Shown here: positions 25,681-37,512 of the stretch, one piece after another
Layout of the letters: the number at the start of each line of letters is the position of its first letter
Numbering within the stretch: the stretch's first letter is position 1
Assembly (NCBI RefSeq): GCF_009914755.1
Contig: NC_060934.1
DNA from: the human T2T-CHM13v2.0 reference genome, Homo sapiens
DNA length: 64,000 bases
Direction: 5' to 3' (one strand)
Translations under genes and position numbers: made by a program
Notes under the pieces: generated by a model
Database searches by the model: none
Seen by the model: the letters and a program-made list of their open reading frames with translations, nothing else
Told to the model about the DNA's origin: nothing

Positions 25681-26335
25681 AGGGCTCCAATGACAGCCCC
25701 TGCAGTCCAGGGCCAGGGAGCTAAGGTGCCCTTTGTCTGTGTGTTTTCCCTGTAGGGAGTGCCCCAGGATAAGCTGGTGAGATGGCAGGGTGGCACCTGA
25801 GTGGGCTTGGGCACCAGGCTGTCATGGCTGAGGACATCTGAAGGCAAAATTGCCTGGGGACAAGCAGCTTTGGGTGTCCCATCCAAGGTGCAGTGCAGGT
25901 CCACAGAGAGGAGGCACATCTTGAAGCCAGAGAGTGGCCCCCTCCACAACAGGAAAGGGCAAAGCAAGGACAAGGGGAAAGTGTCCTGGCAAAAAAACAA
26001 AAACAAAAACAAAACAAAAAAAACACACAACCCAAAACTGGAAATTCTCTTTCTCTTTCAGTTGAACCTCTTGGCTGGGCCAGTACCCGAAAAGCCACAC
26101 CGAATAATCTTGGGGAATAGCTGTGCGACCATCCTTTCCCAGCATGCTCAGGATTCTGCAAATGTCCTCTGCCTTCTCTAAGGCCCCCATCTCCCTTTCA
26201 GGGTTCTGTAGCGTGTGTTCAACTTCTGGCCTGTGTCTTTCACTGTGTCGGGGTATTTTTAGGGGGATAGAATAGGGTGAGAAGCAACAGGAACTATCAT
26301 GACTGGGGGGAATAGGCAGGCCCAGTATTAACGTG

Positions 26336-26337
<2 letters not shown>

Positions 26338-26375
<38 letters not shown>

Positions 26376-26412
26376 TTGTGTGAATGTGTGCATGTGTGTG
26401 TTTGTGTTTGTG
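26338..26412. repeat. (TG)n microsatellite with degenerate tail
   Basis: Pure TG run to ~26372, then imperfect. Confidence 0.95.
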
Positions 26413-27057
26413 CATAGCACCTCAAGTGTAGGCATCTTTATTCCCAAGACAGCCCTTGCCAAAGACAGGGTCAAGTCACATGCTCTTAGACCTGATAATT
26501 CTGCTTATGTGATTTTCACTTCAAATGATTTCCTGTTAGGCATAAAGGTTTCTACTAAAGAAAAATTTAAGGTCCTCACACAAGCCACTTCTGCTCCTCC
26601 ACTTCTTAAAGAACCAAGTTAGATTTTAGTGCATTCAGCATGGGGCAAAACAGTGTCTATTAATTAGACTTTCATTTCTATTGACAATGGGGCCTACAGG
26701 CCTTGCACTGAGGTGGACACAGACCTTTTGTGGTGCCCTGTTGATCCTGGTTCTGCTCGTGGAAAATTAGGCCTGATTGCCCTATGAAGGCCCCTTCTCT
26801 AGTTTCCCTCTCTCACCTGCTAAGTCTCCATTCTTCCTCTAACTGCTTTAAATAGGTCAGCTGAGTTTCATTCTTACAGTCATCAGGCCTTTGGTGAAGG
26901 CATCTGTGCTCTTGCTGAAGTCTGCAACATTTCCCAACATGCAGGCCAAGGGCCCTTCTCTTTCGGTCTGACCACTTGTCTGTTCATGCATGCATGCTTT
27001 CATTCATTCAGAAAATGTGTCAAGAAAAGAGCACATGATTTGGAGGCAGACGTAATT

Positions 27058-27682
27058 CAGTGGTGTGCCGGAGTGGGATATTTCCAGCTTGCAAAAGCGG
27101 ATTGCTAAATTTGTAAGTGTTTTGCAGCTGGTTTTTAAACATATATTAAAAATGAAATTGTAGAAAATTGCAATTAAATAAATTATATCAAAAACAGAAA
27201 ATAAATACTCAAAACTCATCATTTTCTAATTATTTTATAACATTGTATTACCATCTGTATCAGAGGTTTCCAAAGTTTTTCTATGAAAGTGCAGATAGTA
27301 AGTATTTTAGGCTTTCTTGTCTCTGACACACTATTCAGGTCTGCTGTTTTAAGGTAAAAGGAGCCACAGACAATGCATCAAAGAATGGGCATGGCTGTAC
27401 TCCTGTAAAACTATTTATAAACATGTAGCACTAGATTTGGCCCATAGCCCAGGTCAAGTTTGCCAACTCTTGATCTATGCTTTTGAGGTTATTTATGTCT
27501 GTAATATCCTTCTGGTGGAAATACTGTATAATGGTTGCTCCCCAACTCTGCCTTCCATGAGCTCATGCTGGCAGCTTGGAATCAGCCATGGTGGGAGTAT
27601 TTACACCACAGAAATTGGCAAACACTAACAATCAGTTCTCTTTTCCCAGAGAACTGGCTAAACATTCACGGGGACACCACTG
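27058..27682. mobile_element. MER63-family hAT DNA transposon
   Basis: Terminal inverted repeats CAGTGGTGT (27058-27066) / ACACCACTG (27674-27682) with MER63-like interior. Confidence 0.8.
27261..27472. mobile_element. MER58A (hAT-Charlie MITE) nested in MER63
   Basis: cagaggtttccaaagtttttctatgaaag...cagatagtaagtattttaggcttt...gtttgccaactcttg; degenerate TSD atctgtat/atctatgc. Confidence 0.85.
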
Positions 27683-28249
27683 GGTGCGTCTGAGTCTTGA
27701 CTCCGTGTTATATTAGCTCTGTGGCCTTAGGCACATGATTTACTTTCTGAGCTTTAGTTACCTTCAATAAAGGCAGAGACTGTGCCTATCCCAGAGCACT
27801 GGCAGGGGCTGAAGTGACACAATGTGACCTAACGCGTGTAAAGCACACAGCCATGGGGCCTGGTTTAAGGGGGATTCACAGTTGAGACAAGAACTGGCTC
27901 TGGCCTCAGGAATTCTCAGGGTCCCGGAGGGAGAAGGTATAGCTCAACCATAGAACGTAAAAGAAAGAATCATAACCTGCAGTGGAAAGATCTGATCAGC
28001 CACTCTCCAACCTGGGGACTTCTGACAGCTGATTCTTGGGCCTCAGAGCTATGGTTTCAATCTCAACCACGACCCTCCAGGCAAGCCCTCTGCAACCCAG
28101 CTCCTGCCTCCACTTCCCACTGCTGACCCGACCACACACCCCGAGACCCTTCGCCCTTCCTGATGCACAGTCACGCCCTACAGTCCTTGTTCCCACTACC
28201 CCCCTCTTCCTGCGCCTCCCGTCCCTGCCCTTGTCTCTGGACTCAGCTC

Positions 28250-29300
28250 ACAGGCAGCCTCCCTCCGTAGCTTCTCAGCCACTCCCAGATAGATCTCCCC
28301 ATCTACAGGCTTCTATATCCTTGAGAGGGGATTCCAGCTCTTCCCCGTGGCCTGTGAGGCCCTGCACGCTCTGGACCCCTAGGAATGAATCATGTTTGGT
28401 ATTTTCTATATTTTATGATGCTTTGACATCTTGGGGACCTTACTGGCCAGAAAGCAAATTGCCTGCAAGCCCACCACCACTCACATGTAACCAACCAGTC
28501 CAGGGCCCATTCTCCACTCACCTTCTCTATCTCACTCACACACTAACCAATATTTCCCCTGCCCTAAACCACCCCTGAACCAGATACCGAGCATCTAGAG
28601 ACCACCCCAGAGTCCAGAGGTCCCCCAACACGATTCAGACTAGCTGGTCCTGGGCTGTTTCCTCTGCCTGGCCTGGCCTTTCCTGAGGAAACCACAATGA
28701 GGGCTCTGCTGGCCTAGGCTTCTGCCTCACTCTTTGTGTCTTGGCCCTGTCCAGTCCTTCACCTCGTGGTTCTCTCTCTTGTCACTCAATTGCCTCTATA
28801 AATTAAATCTGGGGTACAATCCTGAGACACCCTCCATCATCTCCCCAGCCTCCTCTCCTAACCTGCCCCCTGCACTTCATTCCAGATGCACTGGTGGCAT
28901 GCCACCCCTCAGGCGTGCTGCACTTGGGCCTGCCCCAGGGCCCTTGCACTTGCCTTTCCCTCTGCCTGCACTGCTCCACCCCCAGGTATTCTCACAACTC
29001 AGCCCCTCACTATGGAAAGACTTTGTCTTGTCGGTGCTTTGTCAGAAGACAGCCCATGTTCTCTAATAAAAAACCCATTCTACTACCACACTCACCTGGC
29101 ACTCCCTATTCGATAACCTGCTTTGTTTCTCAATCTCCTACCAACACCTGGCATCAGACACATTTGTTTATTTCTGCCCCTTCTTCTTGAGTACAAGCCC
29201 CATGAAGGCAGGAATAGGCTTGTTGAGCTCACGGCTGCATCCCTAGGACTTAGAGCCATGCCCAGGGTGGAGTAGGGGCTCAGGGAGTATTTGGTGCCTC
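28250..29300 (+). mobile_element. L2 3' region interrupted by an ERVL LTR
   Basis: gtggcctgtgaggccctgcacgctctggaccc; cagggcccttgcacttgcctttccctctgcctg; aagccccatgaaggcagg...gtaggggctcagggagtatttg. Confidence 0.7.
28380..28829 (+). mobile_element. MER74/MER73/MER54-like ERVL LTR
   Basis: tttatgatgctttgacatcttggggacctt, aaccaaccagtccagggccca and ggaaaccacaatgagggctct resemble this LTR group; boundaries approximate. Confidence 0.65.
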
Positions 29301-29679
29301 CACTGGGGAGGGGAAGGCACCTCTGCACACCTTCAAGCCAGTACTGATCACCTGCTCTCAGTCATGGTTTGTTGGTGCCCCCTCTGGGGCAGGGACTGGG
29401 CCCCTTTGTCTGGGCATCTCCCTGGCACAGTCAGGTGAGTAGGGAGGCCCAGCTTGGGTTTGTGGACTTCTTGGTGTCTCCATATCAGGAGAGGGCTCAG
29501 AGCAGGGAGTGGACATTTACAAGTATGGGAATGAGGGAGGTTTCTTGGAGGGAGGGGTGTGGGATTGGGCAGGAAGAGAAGGAAAGGGAGGTACATGGAT
29601 TTGCAGGCACCAGGTGTGCAGGGTGGAGAGAGCACTGTGGGCACAGTCGCTGAGGTAGGCAGGGGCTCTGGACCAACTG

Positions 29680-30135
29680 CTGCCCCATTTCCAGCCTCAG
29701 TTTCCACTCCAGGCCTTGGACAGTCTGCTCCCCGCATAGGTGTGCTCCCTCCTGCCTCAGGACCTTGGCACATGCAGCTGCCTCCTGTAAAACATCCTTC
29801 TTGCCCCCGACTCCACCCCCAGTAGCATTGCCCTCTTCATGCATCCTTCTACTCTCAGCTCAAAGGTCAGAGAAGCTTGCTTTACCCTCCCAGACCCCGT
29901 CAGGGCCCTCTCCCACCTCCTCCAGCAATACTGCATTTTTCCTTGGTTAGGGATGGAGTATTACAGTTGGAGGTGAGTACTTCCAGTAGGATTTGAGCTA
30001 ACATTGCTCTCCCTCCCTGAATGGAAGTGCAGGGAGCACAGGGGCCATGTCTAATTTGCTCAGAGTAAAATCTCCAGCTCCTAGCACACGCCTGGCACAT
30101 GACAGGCCTCGGCATGCAGGGGTTGGCTGAGTGAG
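29680..30135 (+). mobile_element. L2 3' fragment
   Basis: cctgcctcaggaccttggcacatgc...ctccagctcctagcacacgcctggcacatga. Confidence 0.7.
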
Positions 30136-30909
30136 TTCCAGCCTGGGAGTCGCCTGAATGCACTGGGGTGTCACAGGAGACCAGGCAGACAAAGCTGGTG
30201 GGACTTCCTGGAAGGATTTGAGGCACAGCCACAGAGCCCCTCCTGCCAAATGCCCCAGATCAGGCAGCACGTGAGTTTATAGGGGTCCTCTATACAGGGG
30301 TGGCATGGGTCCCCACACCTCCTTTTCATCAGCTCTATCTGGGAGAACTAGACCAGCTTTTGGAAACCAAACCCACGTAGGCAATAGGTTTGTTTGAGGC
30401 TTTAACAAATCAGGCCTTTTAACATCAGAAAGCCAGGCAGCGTGGCTGCAAATTGGAGAGATCATTTTTGTTTAGCTCCTGGTAAATAGCTTTGTATGGA
30501 GGAAAGTGGAGCCAGGCCCAAGAGCAAGAAAAATACAGGTCAGGAGTCTGGGTCTGTCTAAACCTAAAAGATGCAAAAAATCTTGGATCCTAAGACCACG
30601 AGGCTGGGTTTTGGAGCTGTGGCACATGTAGGCATTGAGGCTTGATAGCTCTGAAATTGGGGCTGGACCTCCAGCCAGCTGCAGAGGCCTGACCAGTGCC
30701 TCGTTAGGCTCAGCACCCAACACCAGGGTGCCTGTATGTGATGTGTGGGGGCTTGCAGAGGCTGAAGTGAGGGGTTCTCTCTTCAGCAGCTTCCACTGTG
30801 ATTTGTGGGGCAGGCTCTCACATTCCTTCAGAGCATAGAATCGGCTGGCCTGTTCCCAGGATATACCCAGGGCCTGGGTCAGCATCCACCCTGCCCTCCC
30901 AAGGAATCA

Positions 30910-30975
30910 AGGGAGGGAGGGAGGAAAGAAGAGAGGGAGGAGGGAGGGAAGAGGGAAGGAAACAGGGAAGGGGGT
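30910..30975. repeat. Polypurine (GGGA/GGAA)-like low-complexity tract
   Basis: gggagggagggaggaaagaagagagggaggagggagggaagagggaagg. Confidence 0.8.
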
Positions 30976-31869
30976 TCCTTATTCTCCCCCAGCCCCATAT
31001 TTTACTATGACAAGGACTTCTCGCCTCTCTCCTGCTCATGAAACTTCCTAGGCAACATAACCTTTTGGGTGGAGCAAAGTCACTGGATCCCTGAGGCAGC
31101 CATCCCCTTCCAGATCCCAGTTCCCCTTCTCCTCCTTTGTGGCTCCTTTGCCTCAGGAGGAATCTCTGTTTTCTCATCTGTAAGGACGATAGCTCACTTC
31201 TTTCATTATTTGGTCTGTTGAAAGTCAGGACTGAAAGTCAGAACTCAAAAGAGGAACAAGGCCACAGGCAGGGCCACACAGAGGTCAGTCCAGGTGGCAA
31301 TGTTATGGGAGATTAATTTGGGAGCCCTTAGACACTCCTCCTAGTGCTTGACTGAAAAAGGAGAAGTGAGTATTTCATCTGGACTCTCATCTGCTTCTTA
31401 TGTTGGTTTCCCTGCCTGAAGTTTAACAGTAAATCATGCCTGAAAACACAAGCCAAACGAGAGACTCCTGTCTCTTCCTTCAGGCTTGCACACGTTTCTG
31501 TGAAACTGGGGAACTGGCTTAGGATCTTGGTAGCGTGCGGTGTTTGAAAAGCCCACCAGAAGATGTTTCCAAGCACAGCTGGAATATGGAGCCACCAGCA
31601 ACTGGCTGGAGGGGACACTGTGCTTCAAGCCCGGCAGCATTAGAAAATGTATTGGGTGCCAGTGGGCCCCGGTGTCACCTTTTCTAGAGAGTCTACAGGC
31701 CTCCATCCTTGCTACCCCCTGTTGATCTGATAGGAATGGCACCACCACCATGATCATCATCACCACCATTTACTCACTCAGGTACTGAGCACTCATGGTG
31801 CACCAGGCTCTGTGGCCGAAAGCCCCTCACTCCTGCCAGGATGCCCAGGTTTTGTGTTGGCCCAAGATG

Positions 31870-32225
31870 TGCTTGTTCTGTGACCTTGGATAGGTTGTTC
31901 AATGTGGCCTCAGGTATCTCACCTATAAAATGAGAATAATAATAATACCCACCTTCAAGGTCATCATGAGGATTAAATGAGCTATATACATAAAACTCAC
32001 AGCAGACCTGTGGCTATAGTAAGTGTTCATTAAATGTTAGTTTCTGTTATGAATGCTAATGGACCTCCCAACAACCCTGCATGGTAGGTGATTATCCAAA
32101 TCTTCCATGTGAGGAAACTGAGGCTTACAGAGCTTTGGCAACTTGACCATGGGCTCAGAGCTGGGAAGTGGTGGCATGGGGATGAAAAGTTAGGCAGGCT
32201 CACTTTCCAGCTCCCATTCTTAATC
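31870..32225. mobile_element. Tail-to-tail MIR pair (plus ~31870-32045, minus ~32060-32225)
   Basis: gtgaccttggataggttg...atgaggattaaatgag...agtaagtgttcattaaatgttag; then gtgaggaaactgaggcttacagag. Confidence 0.75.
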
Positions 32226-32402
32226 ATGACTGTGAAGAGTTCCATATGTTTCCCTAATCTCCATCATCTCCTTCTGTGAGAAGACTAAGCAGCTTACAAA
32301 ACACCACTAAGCAGTGTCCCTCTTGTTGAACATTTTTGCACACATCTCCCAGTACACACATACAAGGACATGTACCCAAGAGAGGGATGATTGTGTCATA
32401 GG

Positions 32403-32508
32403 CAGGATGACAATATAACTTATCGTTCAATCCAGGACAGTTTTGAGAGTAAAAGGGGCTGCTAATATTTATGCTGGTGCAACAGGTGTTTTCTCAGGAC
32501 AATCCTAG
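32403..32508. mobile_element. MER94-like hAT MITE
   Basis: caatataacttatcgttcaatccaggacagttttgagagtaaaagggg matches the recalled MER94 consensus. Confidence 0.65.
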
Positions 32509-32639
32509 TTTACCATGTACATGCATTTTAAACAAAATCTTTAATGAAGAACATAAGACTTTAGAAAACTTTTTAACCCCCAGGCAATCCCCCCCTATAC
32601 TTCATACTTATGACTTACAGGCTGTGGTTTTTTAGTATT

Positions 32640-33800
32640 TTAGTTCAGTATTTAGTTAAAATAGAAATTTGTGTAGATTTACCTGTATGTTTTCCATTTG
32701 ATTTGCTCAGTTTCTTCTTGTAGCATAGACACATTTTCTGTTATCTTTTATTTTTTTCCCTGATGAATGTCTTTTAAATGTTATTTTACTGACTATAGAT
32801 CTGTTGGTAGCAAGCATTTTATTTTTTGTTTATAAAATTTTATGAAATTACTTTTTATTTCAAACTATGTTGGTTACAAATTTTAGGTTAACATTTATGT
32901 TCTCTCAGTACTGAAATGGTATGGTTCCACTGTTTCCTGGTTGTTATTATCATTGTTGAGAAGTCTGCTGTCACTTTAATGTCTTTGTGGGTGGTCTGTC
33001 TTTTCTTTCTGGCTGTTTTTAATATTGCGTCTTTGTCTTTGGTGTCCTGCAATTTCAATGCACTATATCTACACATATCTTTTATTCTTTTTGGATGTAT
33101 ACTTCCTGGATTTATGGATTCATGTCTTTTATCAACTTGGGAAACTTTCTTGGCCACTTTTCTCTGAAAAAATTCCATTTTCTGTATTCTTTCCTTCTGT
33201 GATTTTTATCAGATGTGATTTAGAACTTTTAATTTTAGCCTTCATAGATCTTAGCTTCTCTTTCATATTTTCCATCTCCTTGACTGAAGTGCTACACTAA
33301 TAGGTAATTTCTTCAGCTCTGTATTCCAATACACTAATCTCTCTTCAGTTGTGCCTCATCCATTATTTAACTCATCCATTGCATTTCTGATTTCAACAAT
33401 AGTTTCATTCCTAAAAGTTCTATTGGGTTATTTCTTAGATATCTTTGGTTATTTTGATGGTCTTTTCTTGCTTGCTTATTTTTGTAATGCCAATTTTAAT
33501 TTCCTTTAACAGTTAATGCAACATTATTTCATATTATCTAACTAGTAATTATAATTTCTGAAATATTGGCAGTCCAGGTTTACTGTTGGATGTGTTTGCT
33601 AACTTTAAGTCATAGTGACTTATTTTCTTGTGTATTTGGTGGTCTTTTATTATGGGGCCATGTTTGTATGTGCTTAATTGGTAGGAATCCTATAGATCTA
33701 AATGCTTTCCTCCGAAAAGTCTTTGTATTAGATTTCTTTCTGGGACCTAAAAACGTCTATGAATTTGGGGTCACTTTAGACTGTTGAGGGTCTGTAATTT
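32640..33800 (-). mobile_element. Ancient L1 ORF1 region (L1ME/HAL1-like)
   Basis: ORF 32888..33178(-) reads KLQDTKDKDAILKTARKKRQTTHKDIKVTADFS...RKQWNHTISVLRE, homologous to the L1 ORF1p RRM/CTD motif (KEKILKAAREK...RLTADFS...RRQW). Confidence 0.85.
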
Positions 33801-34919
33801 AATATAGTAGTTTTAGGCTTAGCTCCTCCATCTTGCTGATGGCCTAGCGATTAGTGTCTCAGTTGCAGAGCTGATATTGACATTTGTACTCAGTGCAACC
33901 CCATCTTTCCATCTGCTTAATGCAGGTTTTCTTTAGCTCAGGTTTGTTTTTCTTTGGGGTGAGGACGAGGTCCTTGGACATTAAACTTATTTCTTACAAA
34001 TCTACCAATAAAATAAGTGCAGCAGGACAGCCCTTTGGATAATATTAGCTTCCATATTGCTGGAAACAGAAGTCTAGATGCATACATTTTCCAGGGATGA
34101 AGTGTCCATATCTAGAAAATAGGCAAGACAATATTGACTCCTTCATGAGACTGTTTAGGAGATAAAGTAACTGATCTAAAGGAGTGGTGGCTTTCCAGAG
34201 CAGTGGCTACTGATGTTCCCTATTCTCCTGCCCCACTCCTATTTCCTGAAAGTGGACTGACCTACTCTTGACTCACATTTCTGATGAGCCATAGGCCAGG
34301 AAGCCTTGAATTCTGGGGTTTTCAGACCATTGCTTCAGCTACTCACTCCCTCCTTCTCAATACCCTTCATCTCTCTACAACTGATTCTAACCTGCTTCCA
34401 CTTCATCTTGTCCCACCGTCCTAAACCCTTGGCTTTGTGACTCTGGAATCTCTCTGCTTGCTTTTGCTTCCTTTTCCCCTCTGCTCTCAATGTGTTAGGC
34501 ACCCTTTCTGTTGCTGGCATTTGGACCTCAACTCTCCTAGCTCTGACTTTACTAATCTCTCCAGTCTTAGCCCCTCTTGTCATCTTGGCAAGAAACTCTT
34601 TGCACTAGCCTCACCCTATGCAGTCCAGCCAGTTCCAGGGGCTGATAGAGGGAAGGGGGATGTTGGATATGTTAGGGGCATTTTTATGGTTAACTTCTGT
34701 GGTGGAAAGATCATTTGGAAATCACACTGAAGATTATTGTTGGGTGAGTAAGTTGGAGGGGCATTTTACTTTGTATTTCAATACCTGTTTTTATTTATAA
34801 GTCACACATACATCTCTTCCCCACTCCACTCCACAACCTCATTTTCCCTCCAAGCATTTAGGAACAAAGAGGTTTCTAAATCCAGTGTAAGTGAAAGAGC
34901 CTGAAAACCTGTCAGCAGA

Positions 34920-36000
34920 TTAAACAAAGAGTAAATCTTCATGATTTGGGTTAGGCAATGACTTAGATACGACATTCAAAGCACAAGCAACAAAAGGAAG
35001 AAATGGACAAATTGGACTCATAAAAATTAAAAATTTTTGTACCACAGGTGGTGTCATTAAGGAAGTGGAAAGACAATCCATAGAATGGGAAAAATATTTG
35101 CAAATAATATATCTGATAAGGGACTCGTATACAGAAAATATAAAAACTGTACAACTCAATAATAAAAAGACAAATAGTGCAATCTTACAAAAGGGCAAAC
35201 GATCTGAATAGACATTTCTCCAAAGAAGATAAACAAATGGCCAGTAAGCACATGGAAAGATGCTCAGTTTTGTTAGTCATTAAAGAAATACAAAGCAAAA
35301 TCACAGTAACAAACCACTACGTACCCACGAGATGTCTAGAGCCAAAAAGATAGACAATAGTAAGTGTTGATGAAGATGTGGAGAAATTGCAACCTTCATG
35401 CATTGCTGTAGCTACTTTGGAAAACAGTGTGGCAATTCCAAGTTAAATGGAGTTACCATGTGACCCAGGAATTCCACTCCTAGGTATATATCTGAGAAAT
35501 GAAAACATATGTCCTCATGAAAACTCGTCCATGAATGTTCATAGCAGCATTATTTATAGTAGCTGCAAAGCAGAACAACCCAAGCACCCATCATCTGATG
35601 AATGGATAAACAAAGTGTGGTTTATTCATACAATGGAATATTATTTGGCAATAAAAAATAACAGAAAACTGATATAAGCAACAATACTACGACATTAATG
35701 AATGTTGAAAAAGTTATTCGGAGTGAAAGAAGACATTACAAAATACCACATACTGAATGACTTCACTCATACAAAGTGTCCAGGATAGACAAACCTGTGG
35801 AGATGGAAAGCAGATTCCTTGTAGGGCTGGGGGTGACAGGTGGGAGTGACTGGGAGTAACTGCTCATGGGTACTGGGCTTCTTTGTCAGGTTATGGAAAT
35901 GTTCTAAACTCAGGCTATGGTTATGGTTATACAATACTATACTAAGAACATTGTTTTGAGTGAATCATATGGCTGATAAATTTTATCTCAATAAAGCTGG
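34920..36000 (+). mobile_element. L1MB-type ORF2 end plus 3' UTR
   Basis: aatgggaaaaatatttgcaaat...gacatttctccaaagaagat...gatgaatggataaacaaagtgtgg...tctcaataaagctg. Confidence 0.92.
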
Positions 36001-36087
36001 TTTTATTTTTATTTTCTTAAAGTCAGCAATTCTTTTCCTTGTCTAGGAATTTAATTCATCCCTGTTAACAAAATGTTCCATTAAAAT

Positions 36088-36273
36088 TAGGGTTGCCAGA
36101 TTTAGGAAGTAACAGTACAGGAAGCTCAGTTAAACTCAAATTTCTGACAAACAAGCGATAATTTCTTAGTTATAAGTTTGTCCCAAATATTGCATGAGAC
36201 AAACTTATAATGAAAAGTCATCTGTTGTTTATTTGAAACTCAACTGAGCATCCTGTTTTATCTTGTTCTCCCA
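36088..36273. mobile_element. MER53 palindromic hAT MITE
   Basis: TAGGGTTGCCAGATTTAG start, central gtcccaaatattgcatgagac, perfect 8-bp TSD ATTAAAAT (36080-36087 / 36274-36281). Confidence 0.92.
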
Positions 36274-36379
36274 ATTAAAATGTAATGCAAACCACAGCGT
36301 TTTAATATAGAGCTACATTATTTTCAAAATCATCATCTGTCTCTTCATACACATCCCCTAACTCCAGTACCAGAGGTAA

Positions 36380-36520
36380 CATTGTTTCCATTTTACAGAG
36401 CATGAACCAGACCTAGACGGATAAAATGAATGTGACCCTTCATTTTATCCATGTGACCCAGTAGCAATGCCGTGATCTGAACCCAGGTCTGCCTGACTCC
36501 CAAAGCCAGGCCCCCTCTAC
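36380..36520 (-). mobile_element. MIR
   Basis: ccattttacagag...tgaacccaggtctgcctgactcccaaagcc. Confidence 0.65.
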
Positions 36521-37312
36521 TCGAAGTGCAGGGCCCATGGCCACCTTGCTGTGGCCAGTGGTGAGAAACCTGATTCTCTCCTCGTTTGTGTAAGGCGTGG
36601 GGGGAGTCTGAAACCTTCAGTCCCCATAACATTCCTAGCAGGGGCTCTGAAGCCTGGTTGCTGAGGGTGCTGGCAAAACAGAACAGCAAGTTCCCATTAG
36701 AATGTTCTTTTCTGGGAGGAGATAACAGGATAATAGGTATGTGACTTGCTACCTGTAAAATGATGAGTGACAAAGAGTCACTCCAGATTAGGGTAATTCA
36801 GAACGAGTTAAGCCAATACCTGTGCTCCTTAGAGATCAATTTTTATTTTGAGGTGAGGAGAGGAAAGATGAAAGAGATTTAAAATAAAATTCAGTGTTCC
36901 CTTCCCAACCTCAAAAAAGCTTGGGAGCTTTGGAGGGAGGTCTCTGAGTGCCTGGTGAGAGATGGTAAATGTGGATGAGGGCAGAATGTCCCTGAAATTA
37001 AAGACATGTGGCTTAGGGACAAATGAGACCTCTGCACTGGATTCCTCAATATTTCCTGCATGAAATCTCTGCACTGAATTCCAGTCTCAGGAAGAAACTG
37101 GATGTATACATGATGTTTAAAGATGTTTAACATCTTGAACAGGCTACAGTCAAAAACTAAACAGGCCATTGGGGGATAAATGATATTTTTCTTCCTCTCT
37201 TCAGTCATCATAACAAATTCCCTGATGGTTGGGTCAATGGAGCACCCTCTTCTAGGGCAACCTACTGTAATGCAATAGCGAGTTTCACTCTGGTATATTC
37301 TATGATATGGAT

Positions 37313-37512
37313 AGTAGTTCCTAAATAGTGGTCATTGAACGAGTGTCAGACTGCATCTGAGTCATCGAGGAAGATTCTAAAATATGAATTCCTGGACTCC
37401 ATTCCTATAGATTCTGATTCAGCAGGCCTGGCTTGGAGTCTAGGAATCTATGATTCTCATTACTAGCAAGCCCCCAAATGGTTTTGATGGACAGCCAGAC
37501 TGGAAATCCCTG
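37313..37512. mobile_element. MER5A/B (hAT-Charlie)
   Basis: attcctggactccattcctatagattctgattcagcaggcctggcttggagtctaggaatct...caagcccccaaatggttttgatg. Confidence 0.7.

Larger units (their letters stand above)
27025..27870 (+). mobile_element. MIR interrupted by MER63
   Basis: aagagcacatgatttggaggcagac before; tagctctgtggccttaggcacatgatttactttctgagc after. Confidence 0.6.

Noticed and set aside
25590-26622. Overlapping ORFs up to 197 aa
   Set aside because: Driven by (TG)n and (CAAAAA)n low complexity; no protein family features.
28036-28578. 180-aa Pro/Ser-rich ORF
   Set aside because: Runs through C-rich L2 and ERVL LTR sequence; a compositional artefact.
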